From: Halobacteria archaeon
GTDB lineage: Archaea > Methanobacteriota_B > Thermococci > Methanofastidiosales > NM3
NCBI GenBank assembly: GCA_036733165.1
Contig: DAINBB010000003.1
Coordinates: 7,546 to 71,545 of the forward strand
Reading direction: 5' to 3'
DNA: 64,000 nt
The position numbers and the translations under genes are program-made. The stretch's first letter is position 1. The number at the start of each line of letters is the position of its first letter. Shown here piece by piece: positions 39,642-49,886 of this stretch. Below the pieces are notes generated by a model. The model was not told where the DNA came from, ran no database searches, and saw only the letters and a program-made list of their open reading frames with translations.

Positions 39642-39667
39642 TGTGATAGTTATCGCCCTTGATGATT

Positions 39668-40180
39668 TTATCTTTTGCGTTCGATGCGCATGCCCTCGTA
39701 GAACGGCATGAAGTACAGGGTGGCAACGCCTATGATCAGAAGTATCTGCATGTTCGTCTGCCCCTCACCCATGAAGTATATGTCATAGAGGCCGAACCGT
39801 GACAACAGTCCGAACGTGATGATTATCGCTGCCAGATAGAGCATTGGGGGAACGTATTTCCTGTTCCTTCTCAACCTGAGCCATGGTAGCCCCATACCCC
39901 TTGCCTTGTTGAGAGTGTGTTCGAGTGCGACCAGCATTGGCAGCAATATGGCAATGGTGAACGACAGCGTGGACGTATCGAACGCGTTCTTGAAATGAAA
40001 GAGATGGGAGAGGATCATTGCGTCCGAGAACGCTATCAGGAGCAGACCTCTTTCGTTCCACCTGTATGTTAGGGCGATGGACAGGATGGCCAGCAATGAA
40101 AGCATGACAAGATACTGCCACGCCACTCCGGAGTAAATGCCTATTGCGAGGGAGTAGAATGAGAACAGAATTGCCATCAT
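39668..40180 (-). CDS. Polytopic membrane protein, terminal gene of the MoxR operon
   Basis: 170 aa, about 5 TM helices; 4-nt overlap with the DUF58 gene. Confidence 0.45.
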   Translation of the reverse strand: MMAILFSFYSLAIGIYSGVAWQYLVMLSLLAILSIALTYRWNERGLLLIAFSDAMILSHLFHFKNAFDTSTLSFTIAILLPMLVALEHTLNKARGMGLPWLRLRRNRKYVPPMLYLAAIIITFGLLSRFGLYDIYFMGEGQTNMQILLIIGVATLYFMPFYEGMRIERKR

Positions 40181-41592
40181 GACAGTTCACCCTTTATCTT
40201 TGGATATATGATACTAAGTGTGTCTTCGGGCGTCTCTTCGATTATCCTGACCCCGACGTTCCTCATCGTGGACATGTTCCTCCTCTTTGTCAGATAGTTC
40301 TTGTAGAGCCCTTCGGCAGTCTTTATGTCCATTGAGGAGATATCCATGTCGTACCATGGGGAATATGGCGTGATGAGAAGGACCTCCCCACCCCTGGAGC
40401 TTATCATCTTGATGGTGTCAATCAATGCCTTCGAGTTCGATTCAAGGTCCGAGATCACCAGCATCAGGCTCTTTTCGTACTTCTCCCCCATCGCCATGAC
40501 GGTACTGTACAGTCCCGATACGCCCATGATGGACTTGACGGCCCTTCTGCTGCCTGAGAGGTATGGCAGGACCTTTCCTAGGAATTCCTTCGATTCCTCA
40601 TCAAGCGCGTCCTGCTCATATCTGGGGTCGAGAGGATATGTCGCCCTGTACGTGTCAGGCAGCCTCTCGAGCGAGGAGAGGATCGTGCTGTACTGTCCCC
40701 TGTTGAAGAAGGCCGGCACGTTCTCGACCACAGTGTGCTCATCGAAGGCTATGAATCCTGTAGGATTCTCATGTTCAAGGAATATCTTCGTCAATTGCAT
40801 TGTGAGAAGTATGGAATGATTGAACTTGGACCTGTCACCATATGTTGCCCTCATAGACCTGGAGACGTCAAGCAGGACGTATATGCTGCCATACCCCTCC
40901 GCTTCTGAGAGCTTTGTGAGCAGTTTCTGGAGCCTTGACGAGGCCTTCCAGTCTATGTCGGATATCCTGTCCCCAGGTTGGTACTCACGTATCCCTGCAA
41001 AGTCCATCCCTGTGGTGAGCACAGTTTCCTCCTCGACCAGCTCCTCCCTTGAAGAACCTTTTGCAATGTAATCGGCCCTCTTGATCCTGTCTCTGGAATC
41101 CTGGTATGTTATCTCGTTGCGGAGGTCGTACCCCCTCTGGAACATGAACAGCCCCCGCTTGTCAACTACATTGGTCTCAATGGCCTCGAAGACGGCCGTT
41201 CCCCTGCTTTCCCTCACAAGGTCATACGAGTACTCTATTCCCCTCAGGGAGCTGACGACATCGGTATGGACGTTGCTCCCCTCCAGCACGAACGAGTCCT
41301 TCGGGATCCTATCCTTGATCTCGAGGAAGACCTCGTCCGTGAACGGATAGGAGTAACTGACGCTGACCCTTACGGGTTCCTTAGCGAAATAGGTCTTCTT
41401 TTGGATGTTCCTTTGTATGTTCACGTCTTGACTGTCCACGGCGGCGGCGAACGATGATCTGCAGAAGAGGATGTATGAAAGTACGCCGATGCCAAGCAGG
41501 GAGGGAAGGACATTTCCAGAGAGATAGCTCTGCAAGAAGAGCACGAAGATCAGTGCGAACAATATCCTTGCGTCCCTACTAAGTTCCATCAA
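40177..41592 (-). CDS. DUF58-domain protein (vWA-like partner of MoxR) with N-terminal TM helices
   Basis: DWKASSRLQKLLTKL…IYVLLDVSRSMRA is the DUF58 core. Confidence 0.7.
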   Translation of the reverse strand: MMELSRDARILFALIFVLFLQSYLSGNVLPSLLGIGVLSYILFCRSSFAAAVDSQDVNIQRNIQKKTYFAKEPVRVSVSYSYPFTDEVFLEIKDRIPKDSFVLEGSNVHTDVVSSLRGIEYSYDLVRESRGTAVFEAIETNVVDKRGLFMFQRGYDLRNEITYQDSRDRIKRADYIAKGSSREELVEEETVLTTGMDFAGIREYQPGDRISDIDWKASSRLQKLLTKLSEAEGYGSIYVLLDVSRSMRATYGDRSKFNHSILLTMQLTKIFLEHENPTGFIAFDEHTVVENVPAFFNRGQYSTILSSLERLPDTYRATYPLDPRYEQDALDEESKEFLGKVLPYLSGSRRAVKSIMGVSGLYSTVMAMGEKYEKSLMLVISDLESNSKALIDTIKMISSRGGEVLLITPYSPWYDMDISSMDIKTAEGLYKNYLTKRRNMSTMRNVGVRIIEETPEDTLSIIYPKIKGELS

Positions 41593-41597
41593 TTACA

Positions 41598-43013
41598 CTA
41601 CCTTTTCTCCAACGGTACTTTGATGTTCTCCAAAATATTGTTGATTACCCCCCCTATCGAACCCTCCTCGGGGTCCAGGTCGGGGGATGGCAGCAGTCTG
41701 TGGTTCAAGGTGTCATACACAACGTCCTTCACGTCATCGGGTATGATGTAGTCCCTCCCCCTTATGCAGGCCTTTGCCCTTGCGGCGTACAATAGCTGTT
41801 CCGAGGCCCTCGGGGAGGCGCCGATGGTGATCAGTCGGCTGTTCCTTGTGGAGGCTATGATCTCGTTGATGTACTCTATGATGCTTTCATCGACAAACAC
41901 GTTGTCATAGGCCTCTTCCAATCTCTCGAGGTCGAAGACCTTTGGGGGAGCATGACTGGTCCGTTTCCCGTTTGCCTTCATCCTCAGGAGCTCTAGCTCC
42001 CTTTCCTTTGATATATAGCCCATGTTTACCTTTAGCATGAATCTGTCTGCCTGGGCCATGGGCAACTGGTACACTCCGTCGTGTTCGATTGGATTGATCG
42101 TGGCGATCACCATGAAGGGTTGGGGCAGCACGAAGGTCTTGCCCTCTATCGTGACCTGTTTCTCCTCCATGGACTCCAAGAGTGCGGACTGGGTCTTTGG
42201 CGTAGTACGATTTATCTCGTCGGCCAAGAGCAGATTGGAGAAGATGGGTCCCTTCCTCAGCTCGAACTCATGGGCCATCTGGTTGTAGAAGAAGTGACCG
42301 GTAATGTCCTGCGGCAGCATGTCTGGCGTGAACTGTATCCTCTGGCATTCCATTCCCAATGTCGATGTGAATGTCTTGGCGAGGGTCGTCTTCGCGATTC
42401 CTGGAACGCCTTCGAGGAGGACATGCCCCCTTGCCAGAAGGGCTATCAGCAAGTTCTCGACAATATCGTCATAGCCGATGACGACACGGCTGATCTCCCG
42501 CTTGAACTCCTGGACCATGTCCAGGATATCTTTGTTCAGGCAGCCTTCCGCCGGCATGTCGCCAAATATGCTGTCTCTGACGACGTTAATTGGGGATACT
42601 TCATCGTTCACGGCCTGGGGGGGAATCTGCTCATCCTCGAACATGTTCTCGATGATCTCGCCTTTCTCAGCGACGACGGGGGATACGTCGGCCGGTGGCT
42701 CGCCCTCCTCATACAGGTCCTCGGGCGCTTCAAACGTTTCCACGCGTTCGTTGGGTGGCATCTGTTCTTCGATGGCCATGTCATCTTCGGCTGCCTGATC
42801 CTCGTAGACCGTTGTTTTTTCATGCTCGGACGCTTCCTCTGCCGCGATGGGCTCTTCGGGCGTCTTTGCGTCTTCTTCCCTGTCCTCCGTCATTGCCGCC
42901 GTTTCGTCGATATTGATGTTTTCCAAGTCCTTGAGGGTCTCTTCCATATCCTTGTATATCTGGGCGATGGTGTCCTTGACCTCCTCATGGGACAGTTTTT
43001 TCGTTTCTTCCAT
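41598..43013 (-). CDS. MoxR-family AAA+ ATPase with an approximately 150-aa acidic low-complexity N-terminal extension
   Basis: LLEGVPGIAKTTLAK Walker A; QFTPDMLPQDITG typical of MoxR. The N-terminus is E/D-rich. Confidence 0.85.
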   Translation of the reverse strand: MEETKKLSHEEVKDTIAQIYKDMEETLKDLENINIDETAAMTEDREEDAKTPEEPIAAEEASEHEKTTVYEDQAAEDDMAIEEQMPPNERVETFEAPEDLYEEGEPPADVSPVVAEKGEIIENMFEDEQIPPQAVNDEVSPINVVRDSIFGDMPAEGCLNKDILDMVQEFKREISRVVIGYDDIVENLLIALLARGHVLLEGVPGIAKTTLAKTFTSTLGMECQRIQFTPDMLPQDITGHFFYNQMAHEFELRKGPIFSNLLLADEINRTTPKTQSALLESMEEKQVTIEGKTFVLPQPFMVIATINPIEHDGVYQLPMAQADRFMLKVNMGYISKERELELLRMKANGKRTSHAPPKVFDLERLEEAYDNVFVDESIIEYINEIIASTRNSRLITIGASPRASEQLLYAARAKACIRGRDYIIPDDVKDVVYDTLNHRLLPSPDLDPEEGSIGGVINNILENIKVPLEKR

Positions 43014-43022
43014 ATAATCCCC

Positions 43023-44120
43023 CTACCTGAACTTTGAAAAAAATGAATTGAGACCTGAAGCCTGCCATTCCGGATGCATCTTCTTAAGCGAATCTATCAA
43101 TTCCTTCCTATCCGTACTTCTTAAAGATGTTTCCTTACCGAATTTAAACTTATTTATAATATGTCTTGAGACCGAACCGACATACGATAACAGATTGCCC
43201 TCTATCACGAGCACGATCAAGAGGAATGATATGATGATGTATCTGAAGAGGGGATTGTTAGGCATGGTGAGCACCACGTTGAACCTCTCTATGTCCTCCA
43301 AGGTGCCAAGATGCGCCTCGTCTATGTATACCGTCTTTGAGTAGTTGTCCGTGATATCCTCCATCATATGATGTAAAAATGCCATGTTGTCCATCTTGCC
43401 GATCATGTTGTTTATGAGGATGCTGGGGTCGGAGATCATGTACACGATCCCGTCCCCTATCTCCACGCTCGCCACGACCGTAAAGGGCCCGCTGATATCG
43501 CCTTTGCCATAGGAACCGTCCTCATCTATGTCCAGGAATGCCATGCTTGTGGTCTCGAATATCGGTATCACGTCCCCTTCTATGGTGGAAGGGTAGTTGA
43601 GGAGCAGGCTGTACTCAGAGAGCTCGCCTCCCTTGTAGGCTATGGGGAATGCACCCGCCTTTTCGAAGACGGTGTCCAGCATCGGCAGATTGCTGAATCT
43701 TGCCTCGAGCCCTATCCCTTCAAGTACTTCGTTCCCCGTGCCGAAATCGTCGGCTATGAGCAGTGTGCCGCCACCCTCGACAAATTGCCTCAAGAACGCT
43801 TTTTCGTCCCCCGAGTAGCTTGCCCTTGGCCCTATTATGACCACTACGGAGTCATTGTAATCTCCCTCCAGGGTCTCTGACAGGTCTCCGAAGAACGCGT
43901 TGAGGTACCTTTCCTCGTTCATCTCAAGGTCTATGGCACTGACGTTCTCCATATAATCCCTATAGAATCCCGAGGTCCCGTTCCAGCCATTGTTAAAGAC
44001 ACTGAAGTCCGAGGACCTTGAGAGGTAGGGCACCACCAACGGGACGAATATGAACACTATGACTATGATAAAGATAAGAAGATAGACGTAGAACTTCTTC
44101 ATTCCTGGCGAAAACATCAT
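43023..44120 (-). CDS. DUF4350-like membrane-anchored protein
   Basis: N-terminal and C-terminal TM helices, extracytoplasmic middle; gene-context match to MoxR/DUF58 operons. Confidence 0.5.
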   Translation of the reverse strand: MMFSPGMKKFYVYLLIFIIVIVFIFVPLVVPYLSRSSDFSVFNNGWNGTSGFYRDYMENVSAIDLEMNEERYLNAFFGDLSETLEGDYNDSVVVIIGPRASYSGDEKAFLRQFVEGGGTLLIADDFGTGNEVLEGIGLEARFSNLPMLDTVFEKAGAFPIAYKGGELSEYSLLLNYPSTIEGDVIPIFETTSMAFLDIDEDGSYGKGDISGPFTVVASVEIGDGIVYMISDPSILINNMIGKMDNMAFLHHMMEDITDNYSKTVYIDEAHLGTLEDIERFNVVLTMPNNPLFRYIIISFLLIVLVIEGNLLSYVGSVSRHIINKFKFGKETSLRSTDRKELIDSLKKMHPEWQASGLNSFFSKFR

Positions 44121-45775
44121 CTCCCACCACCTATCCTTCCGACAACGTGTCTGACAGACCTGAAGAACGAGCTTTTCCTGTCTTTTCCTATGTCCCTCCC
44201 GGAGTACCTTGCCAGTTCGAAGGTGGCGGTTATGTCCCTGACCTCGTTGGCCGAATCCGAGATCGTTCTCAGTTCCCTGTCTATGTCCGTATGGGTCGTC
44301 GACGGGTGCAGATGCACGACCCTGCGGACCGCAAGGAACTCTATCATCCTGGAATAGGCGAGTATCACGGATTCCTTGACATTTCCTATCTTCTCAAGAA
44401 TGCCCAGTTCAATCAGGAACGTTTCCCTGCGTCCAATATCCTCCATCCCTTCCGTTTCTGGGGACGAGGATTGCATATCTTTTCTCGCATGGCCATCTCT
44501 CCAGTGCACGAGAAGGGCGATAACAAGGCCCGACACCACCGTAATTGCCAACAGCATCTCATATATGTTATTGGAACCTTGCCCTGCCTCTGTTACATGG
44601 GTGCTGAACTCAAGGGCCTGCGACCTGCTTTGAACGAACGGGGCACCTTCCTCAGGGACAAACTCTGCGTACACAACATAGTCAGCATCGTCGATGCCCT
44701 GAACAGTATGTTCGAATAGGCCGTCTTCCCCGGTGACGATGTGGGTCGCCTCCCCGTTTATGTTCAATAAGACGTTCCTGTCTTCCAATCCGTGCCCATA
44801 GATGTCATCAAGCCTGCCTGTAAATAATATGGAATAATCGTTTCCTGCCGGCCCCTGTCCCCTCGACAGTGATATCGTTGTAGGTATTTCGACATACACC
44901 TCAATCTCGTCCGACAGTATTGTCTCATATTGATATGTGGTCTGGGCCATTATGTTAATATGGTCGAAGTCGGCATTGACGGGAAGGTCGTAAAGATAGC
45001 TGAAATGTCCATCCTCGTCAGTTTCAAGCGTTATGGCCGATCCGTTGATGACCAACCCTATGTCGTGAAGTCCCACGGGCAGACCTTCAAAATAGAGATG
45101 TCCATCGACGATAAGCCTGTAGTTCTCGCTAGACCCTGTGTCATATGCGCTGATAAACAGGCCGTTGCCCTGGTACCCATTGTTCTCCATGAGTGCGTCT
45201 ATGGAATCCCTGTAGGTATCGAGGGTGCCCCTGAGCAGCGATATGGAGGCTGCCACGTTCCCCGTCTCATAACCTAATCCTAAAAGGCCGGATGCCGCCT
45301 CCTCGAGATTGTCAAGTCTTGACTCTATCTGGGCGAGCATGTTATCGGCAATTATTATGTGTGATCCGATGTCCGGTCCATCCCCCATCGTCTCAAGGCC
45401 CTCCAGGAGCGTTTTCAATTCTGGCTGGATATTGATGATGCCGTACAGCTGTTCATAAATCGCTTGGAATGACCGATAGTAGAGTGGGAGAAGCTGTTCT
45501 TCAAGTTCCTTGGTGTCCAGCTCTAGCACTATTTCCCCCGGGACCGCAAGGTCGTTTGAAAGTGTTCCTATCCCTTCCATGGCACCCTGGAAGTTCTCTT
45601 GGGAAAGGTGGAAGACCGCATCGGATATGATAGTCACATCGCCCATGAAGTATGAATGCAGGACCTCTGGGTCCTCCATGGCCTCGTTTATGTTCTGGTG
45701 AGAAGGCGAACCCGCCAAGGGGCATGAGGACATTAGCACTATGGCCAACGCGATGGCCAAATGATATTTTCTCAT
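44117..45775 (-). CDS. Secreted/membrane protein with C-terminal DUF4129-like cytoplasmic domain
   Basis: Signal peptide; CarboxypepD_reg-like beta-sandwich segment; TM helix near residue 420; C-terminal …TFELARYSGRDI… resembles the DUF4129 motif. Confidence 0.5.
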   Translation of the reverse strand: MRKYHLAIALAIVLMSSCPLAGSPSHQNINEAMEDPEVLHSYFMGDVTIISDAVFHLSQENFQGAMEGIGTLSNDLAVPGEIVLELDTKELEEQLLPLYYRSFQAIYEQLYGIINIQPELKTLLEGLETMGDGPDIGSHIIIADNMLAQIESRLDNLEEAASGLLGLGYETGNVAASISLLRGTLDTYRDSIDALMENNGYQGNGLFISAYDTGSSENYRLIVDGHLYFEGLPVGLHDIGLVINGSAITLETDEDGHFSYLYDLPVNADFDHINIMAQTTYQYETILSDEIEVYVEIPTTISLSRGQGPAGNDYSILFTGRLDDIYGHGLEDRNVLLNINGEATHIVTGEDGLFEHTVQGIDDADYVVYAEFVPEEGAPFVQSRSQALEFSTHVTEAGQGSNNIYEMLLAITVVSGLVIALLVHWRDGHARKDMQSSSPETEGMEDIGRRETFLIELGILEKIGNVKESVILAYSRMIEFLAVRRVVHLHPSTTHTDIDRELRTISDSANEVRDITATFELARYSGRDIGKDRKSSFFRSVRHVVGRIGGGR

Positions 45776-45907
45776 CGCAATTTTGCTATATTTAAATGTT
45801 AATATATTTTTCCTATTCGGTCCATATAATAAGATAGGAAAATTGCATATTTGAACATGTTAATAACTAGAATAATGTGTTACAATATATGATATTTTCA
45901 TTGAATG

Positions 45908-45951
45908 GTGTTATTAATGATAACAACTTTTTTAAAATGATGTTATTAGTG
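45908..45951. promoter_or_regulatory. Direct repeat TGTTATTA(A/G)TG twice, 30 bp apart, in the AT-rich promoter region of the ABC importer operon
   Basis: gtgttattaatga at 45908-45920 and gatgttattagtg at 45938-45951. Confidence 0.3.
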
Positions 45952-45967
45952 CAGTGTTGGTGTAATA

Positions 45968-47287
45968 ATGGCAAATGACACTAAGAAGATTGGAGCTGTA
46001 GCATTGACCGCTATAGTGATCATAGCTGCTATTTTCATATTTTACGACAGAGGCCCCGACCAGGACCTCACAGAGGCCTTGGGAGAGAACACCGAGTTCT
46101 CCGACCTCTTTGACGCTTTGGAGTCAACAGGAATCCTTGAGGGCCTTGCCGGAAGCGAATACACGATACTGGCCCCCACTGACGGCGCCTTCGACGACTA
46201 CGATACAGAGCTTTATGGCGACCTTCTGGAGGACACCGACTCCCTTGGGGCATTGTTGAACTATCACATCATAGAAGGCAAGTACTCTGTGGCAGATATA
46301 TCGAAGATGTCTACCGTAACGACACTGCAGGGAGAGGTTATCTCGATATCCACGACCGGCAATGTGACGGTTAACGATGTTGAGATATCCCAGAGCGAGG
46401 AGATAGAGTGCGAGAACGGATATATCATCCCCGTGGGCGAGATACTCCTGCCACCAACCATCGAGAGTACCTACATCGACCTGACGATCACGGATGCTGC
46501 TGGAAGGGAGGTATACATCAAGAAGGTCCCTGAAAGGATAGTATCGATTGCGAGTTCCGCCACGGAGACGCTGTATGCGATCAATGCGGGGGACCTCCTG
46601 GTCGGAAGGGACAAGTACAGTGTCTATCCTGAGGAGGCCAACGATCTTCCAGATCTCGGCAGCGGTTCATCCCTCGCCCTTGAGGAGACATTGAACCTGA
46701 ATCCGGACCTTGTGATCACGTGGTACTACAGCACCTCGGCGATAGAGAGCCTTGAACAGAACGGAATAACCGTCCTTGCCATAGGGCCGTCATCGGTTCA
46801 GGACGTACTGGACCTTATCACGTTGTTTGGTCAGATATGCGACCACGAAGCCGATGCCCAGGCCATAGTCCAAGATATGCAGACGACCATCGATGAGATC
46901 TCATCATATGCGGAATCCTTGTCCGAAGATGAGAAGGTCAAGGTGTTCTACGAGCTGTCAACCGCCTTCAAGAGCGTGAGCGACCAGACGTTCACAGGGG
47001 AGCTTATAGAGCTTGCGGGGGGCATAAACATCGCGGCGGACCAGGAGGCGACATATCCGCAGATGTCCAGCGAATGGATAATAGACCAAAATCCCGATGT
47101 TGTTGTCGTTGTCTCATACGGCGCCACAACGGACGAGATCAAGTCAAGGGACGGTTGGGACTCCATCGATGCAGTTTTAAATGACAAAGTGTATTCTATT
47201 GAGAGCAACTGGGTCAGTTCTACCCCTAGAATGGTATTGGGGCTTGAACAGTTCGCCAAGTGGTTCTACCCTGAACACTTTGCGTGA
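45968..47287 (+). CDS. Siderophore/cobalamin-type (BtuF/FepB-like) ABC substrate-binding protein with an N-terminal fasciclin (FAS1) domain
   Basis: FAS1 motifs YTILAPTDGAFDD, LLNYHIIEG and NGYIIPVGEILLPP. Then BtuF-like IVSIASSATETLYAINAGDLLVGRDKYS…NPDLVITWYY. N-terminal TM anchor. Confidence 0.75.
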   Translation: MANDTKKIGAVALTAIVIIAAIFIFYDRGPDQDLTEALGENTEFSDLFDALESTGILEGLAGSEYTILAPTDGAFDDYDTELYGDLLEDTDSLGALLNYHIIEGKYSVADISKMSTVTTLQGEVISISTTGNVTVNDVEISQSEEIECENGYIIPVGEILLPPTIESTYIDLTITDAAGREVYIKKVPERIVSIASSATETLYAINAGDLLVGRDKYSVYPEEANDLPDLGSGSSLALEETLNLNPDLVITWYYSTSAIESLEQNGITVLAIGPSSVQDVLDLITLFGQICDHEADAQAIVQDMQTTIDEISSYAESLSEDEKVKVFYELSTAFKSVSDQTFTGELIELAGGINIAADQEATYPQMSSEWIIDQNPDVVVVVSYGATTDEIKSRDGWDSIDAVLNDKVYSIESNWVSSTPRMVLGLEQFAKWFYPEHFA

Positions 47288-48345
47288 ATCAAATGCATAA
47301 CATCGACGGATACTACCAAGACATAAAGCACAAGAGGTTTATGCTTCTCATAGGCCTCTTGATTATTCTTTTTTTCGTCACCGTTCTTGGGATAATGGTG
47401 GGTCCGGTTTTCATAAGCCCCAAGGTGGTGCTCAAGATACTGGCCTCCAATCTGCCCCTGATAGGCGACGACATCGTTCAGACATGGCCTGGAACGTACA
47501 ACAGCATAGTGATGGACGTCAGGCTTCCACGGGTGTTGGTCGGTCTGATGGTGGGTGCAGGCCTGTCGGTTGCCGGCTGCGGCATGCAGGGGCTTTTCAG
47601 GAACCCAATGGCATCTCCGTACGTCACGGGCATATCATCCGGCGGCGCCTTCGGTGCAGCCCTTGCGGTGAATCTCGGCATAATATATTATCTTGTTCCG
47701 GCATTCGCGTTCTTTTTCTCTGCCATGACGGTGTTCTTGGTCTATGCAATCTCCATGGTGCGCGGAAAGGTCAGGATGGAGACCTTGCTCCTTTCGGGAA
47801 TAGCTGTGGCATCCTTCTTCTCGGCCCTCGTCTCCCTGATGATGTACCTGGCCGCGCAGAAGCTTGAGAGCATCGTCTTCTGGATGATGGGGGGATTCTG
47901 GGCGTCGGGCTGGGACGAGGTGATGATCATCCTGCCGTTCGTCATAGTATGCATCCCGATATACATCTTTCTTTCAAGGGACCTAAATGCGATGATGCTT
48001 GGGGAGGATGCCGCAAGGGACCTTGGCATAGATGTGGAGACGACTAAGAAGATAGTCCTCGTGCTCACAGCGATCCTTGTCGGATGCTGTGTTGCAGTTT
48101 CGGGGACCATTGGTTTCGTGGGCCTTATAATCCCCCACATCACCAGGATAATCGTGGGCCCGGACCACAGGGTCCTCATCCCCGCCTCTGTGTTCACAGG
48201 AGGCATATTCATGATATTCACGGACATTGTGGCACGAATGATAATACAGCCATCGGAGCTCCCTGTCGGCATCATAACGTCCTTGTGCGGAGTGCCCTTC
48301 TTCCTATATCTACTTAGGAGGAGAAAGTCTTCAATGGGGTGGTAG
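47284..48345 (+). CDS. FecCD/BtuC-family ABC permease
   Basis: 353 aa polytopic; typical FecCD glycine-rich TM pattern; ATGA overlap with the SBP gene. Confidence 0.8.
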   Translation: MNQMHNIDGYYQDIKHKRFMLLIGLLIILFFVTVLGIMVGPVFISPKVVLKILASNLPLIGDDIVQTWPGTYNSIVMDVRLPRVLVGLMVGAGLSVAGCGMQGLFRNPMASPYVTGISSGGAFGAALAVNLGIIYYLVPAFAFFFSAMTVFLVYAISMVRGKVRMETLLLSGIAVASFFSALVSLMMYLAAQKLESIVFWMMGGFWASGWDEVMIILPFVIVCIPIYIFLSRDLNAMMLGEDAARDLGIDVETTKKIVLVLTAILVGCCVAVSGTIGFVGLIIPHITRIIVGPDHRVLIPASVFTGGIFMIFTDIVARMIIQPSELPVGIITSLCGVPFFLYLLRRRKSSMGW

Positions 48346-48346
48346 G

Positions 48347-49129
48347 GTGGACCTGAACGTGGAATCTCTTTATTTCGGATACTTCAAGAAGAACATTCTC
48401 AAGGATGTCAGCTTCACTGCCAAGAGCGGGGAGGTCATGGGAATAGTCGGACCCAATGGTTCCGGAAAGACCACACTTCTCAAGTGCATCAGGAAGGCGC
48501 TCACCCCAAGGCAAGGGAGTATAATGCTGGACGGCGAGGACATAATGGAATGGGATAGGACGAAGATAGCCAAGTACTTTGGCGTCGTTCCCCAAAACAC
48601 GAACATTACATTTCCCTTCACCGTTCTCGAGATAGTCATGATGGGGAGGATACCCCACCTGAAGAGGATGCAGGGGGAGGGTGAGGACGATGTCTATGTG
48701 GCCAAGAAGGCCATGTCCCTGACAGCCATTGAACATCTCTACTACCGTTACGTCAACAATCTTTCAGGAGGCGAGGTGCAAAGGGTCATCATTGCCAGGG
48801 CTCTTGCCCAGGAACCCAAGATACTCCTGCTCGACGAACCGACATCGAACCTGGACATAAATCACCAGTTCGAGACCATGAAGCTTATCAGAAAACTTGC
48901 AAAGGATGAGGACATGATAGTTGTCATCATATCCCATGACCTCAACCTTTCGATGAGATATTGCGACAATCTAATCCTTCTGCACGACGGCGAGGTATTC
49001 TCGAGCGGCAGGCCCGTCGATGTGCTGACGAAGGAAAACATAAGAAAGGTCTACGGCGTCGAGGCCCAGATAGACTTCAACACCGCAATAGACTCAAATC
49101 AGATAACGCTGATAGATATTGTGGAATGA
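48347..49129 (+). CDS. ABC ATP-binding protein (FecE/BtuD-like), GTG start
   Basis: GPNGSGKTT, LSGGEVQRVIIARAL, LLLDEPTSNLD. Confidence 0.8.
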   Translation: MDLNVESLYFGYFKKNILKDVSFTAKSGEVMGIVGPNGSGKTTLLKCIRKALTPRQGSIMLDGEDIMEWDRTKIAKYFGVVPQNTNITFPFTVLEIVMMGRIPHLKRMQGEGEDDVYVAKKAMSLTAIEHLYYRYVNNLSGGEVQRVIIARALAQEPKILLLDEPTSNLDINHQFETMKLIRKLAKDEDMIVVIISHDLNLSMRYCDNLILLHDGEVFSSGRPVDVLTKENIRKVYGVEAQIDFNTAIDSNQITLIDIVE

Positions 49130-49813
49130 TCACTTCTTGAAGGGCAGCATGGGTGTCAACCATGAGGCGAACGCGGTCGGATTCCTTGTCTGCATGAAGA
49201 CCTTTCCCCGTCCTCTGAGCTTGAGGACCAGGCCCTCCCCTGAGAGGAACGTCGATTTCAATCCGCCGATCTTTTTTACCTCGTATTGTATCCCGCCCTG
49301 GAACCCAACCAAGTGACCGGTGTCAACGATGAGCTCGCCGTCGAGGTCGTATTCGTACAGGGCGCCGAACGCGGATATGAAGATGTCCCCGACCCCCTCT
49401 GCCTTAAGGAAAAATAGGCCTTCCCTGGAGACGAATCCCTTAAGCCCCTGGAACTTGGTGTCGAGGTCTATGTTGACGTTCGATGCCAGGAAGGCTCCCC
49501 CCTGCAGGAACCAGGTCTCATTGTTGAGCTCTAACCTCTCCACATCCCCAGGATAACCCGGGGCCAGCGTTATCTCTCCCTGGCCGTCAGCCTTGAAGAT
49601 GTTCTGGAAGAAGGACTCGCCTCCGAGGGCGCTCCTCTTAAGGGCATTGAACATCCCGCCCTGCATTTTCGTCTCTATATTTAAGTTGGGCGTCATGGAG
49701 ACCAGGGCGCCTGCCTCTGCCTTTATCTCCTGTCCATCTTTGAGACCCACTTTCAGCAACGTGTAAGCAGGACTCTTGAAAATTTCATATTCATAGTCTA
49801 TTCCGGTTGGCAT
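49130..49813 (-). CDS. AIM24/DUF124 (TIGR00266) family protein
   Basis: 227 aa, with the characteristic Gly-rich beta pattern of the family. Confidence 0.55.
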   Translation of the reverse strand: MPTGIDYEYEIFKSPAYTLLKVGLKDGQEIKAEAGALVSMTPNLNIETKMQGGMFNALKRSALGGESFFQNIFKADGQGEITLAPGYPGDVERLELNNETWFLQGGAFLASNVNIDLDTKFQGLKGFVSREGLFFLKAEGVGDIFISAFGALYEYDLDGELIVDTGHLVGFQGGIQYEVKKIGGLKSTFLSGEGLVLKLRGRGKVFMQTRNPTAFASWLTPMLPFKK

Positions 49814-49886
49814 GTATACACCGATAATAATAGCTTTATAATGTATATAATCTTATTGATATTTGAACATATGTGACGTGGCGGCA

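Noticed and set aside
42081-43037. 318-aa plus-strand ORF antisense to the MoxR gene
   Set aside because: It is produced by the GAA/GAG-rich acidic repeat region of moxR read backwards. It has no domain signature and MoxR is unambiguous on the minus strand.
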